A stretch of DNA of 64,000 bases from Callorhinchus milii (Eukaryota), in assembly GCF_018977255.1 (NCBI RefSeq), contig NW_024704742.1, positions 5,396,001-5,460,000 of the forward strand, read 5' to 3'. This document shows positions 63,472 through 64,000 of the stretch, one piece after another (position 1 is the stretch's first letter; each line of letters opens with the position of its first letter). The position numbers and the translations under genes are program-made. The notes under the pieces are model-generated. The model was not told where the DNA came from and searched no databases. It saw only the letters and a program-made list of their open reading frames with translations.

Positions 63472-64000
63472 GTAACAATCTCAAAATAACCATTGATAAT
63501 CACCGAGAAAGACTGTCAAAACTACGAAATTCATAAGTCGACTCAATCAACTGGGGAACAATGAGGCACTCTGTATTACTAGCTGTGCAGGAAGGTCCTG
63601 GTGGGATTCAAATTGGGAGTCTTTATCTTTCCAGTTTTAATCGGAATCTGCCTGGTCCTATCAAGATATTCTAAGATAACCAGCAAGTGATATAGCACCT
63701 CAAATTCCATTCCATAAATATGGTTTTCGAAAACAATTGTTAGTTCGATGAACAGCATTACTCTGTGTGACCTTTGGTTTTAAAACTCGCTCTTGAAATA
63801 AAAAAGAATACAATGTGGTCCTTAAGGGTGAACCAAGGTGTGTCCACTCAGCCTTTTTGAGGCTAATACAATTTCCATGGTTAAAAACAATGATATCTAT
63901 GGGGAGGTAAATAGTTTTGCTAGGGCTAACTGGCTTTGAGTTAGACTGTTTGATCTGTCACTAGAGAAATCCAGTAATCTGATGGCTGACCAAACTGTTT

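Overview
Vertebrate genomic DNA, most likely a cartilaginous fish (inferred from its repeats: tRNA-derived SINEs with L2-type tails, L2, CR1, Penelope and LF-SINE). The left third holds the 5' half of RAP1GDS1 (SmgGDS) on the minus strand. Six coding exons were reconstructed by hand with canonical splice sites, including the 147-nt cassette exon that separates the long and short SmgGDS isoforms in mammals. Its promoter lies in a CpG island at about 22.4-24.7 kb. The right end holds two PDZ-encoding exons of an FRMPD1-like gene on the plus strand, divergent from RAP1GDS1; its first coding exon was not identified. The rest is intronic or intergenic and rich in transposon relics. Highlights: a Penelope fragment carrying a minimal hammerhead-ribozyme motif nested in a SINE, a candidate alternative FRMPD1 exon that would skip half the PDZ domain, a foldback repeat beside RAP1GDS1 exon 2, SINE subfamilies with different L2-type tail loops, a cleanly nested L2, and a GC-shifted L2 in the CpG island. 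No database searches were possible. Gene and family names come from recalled sequences, and repeat boundaries are approximate.
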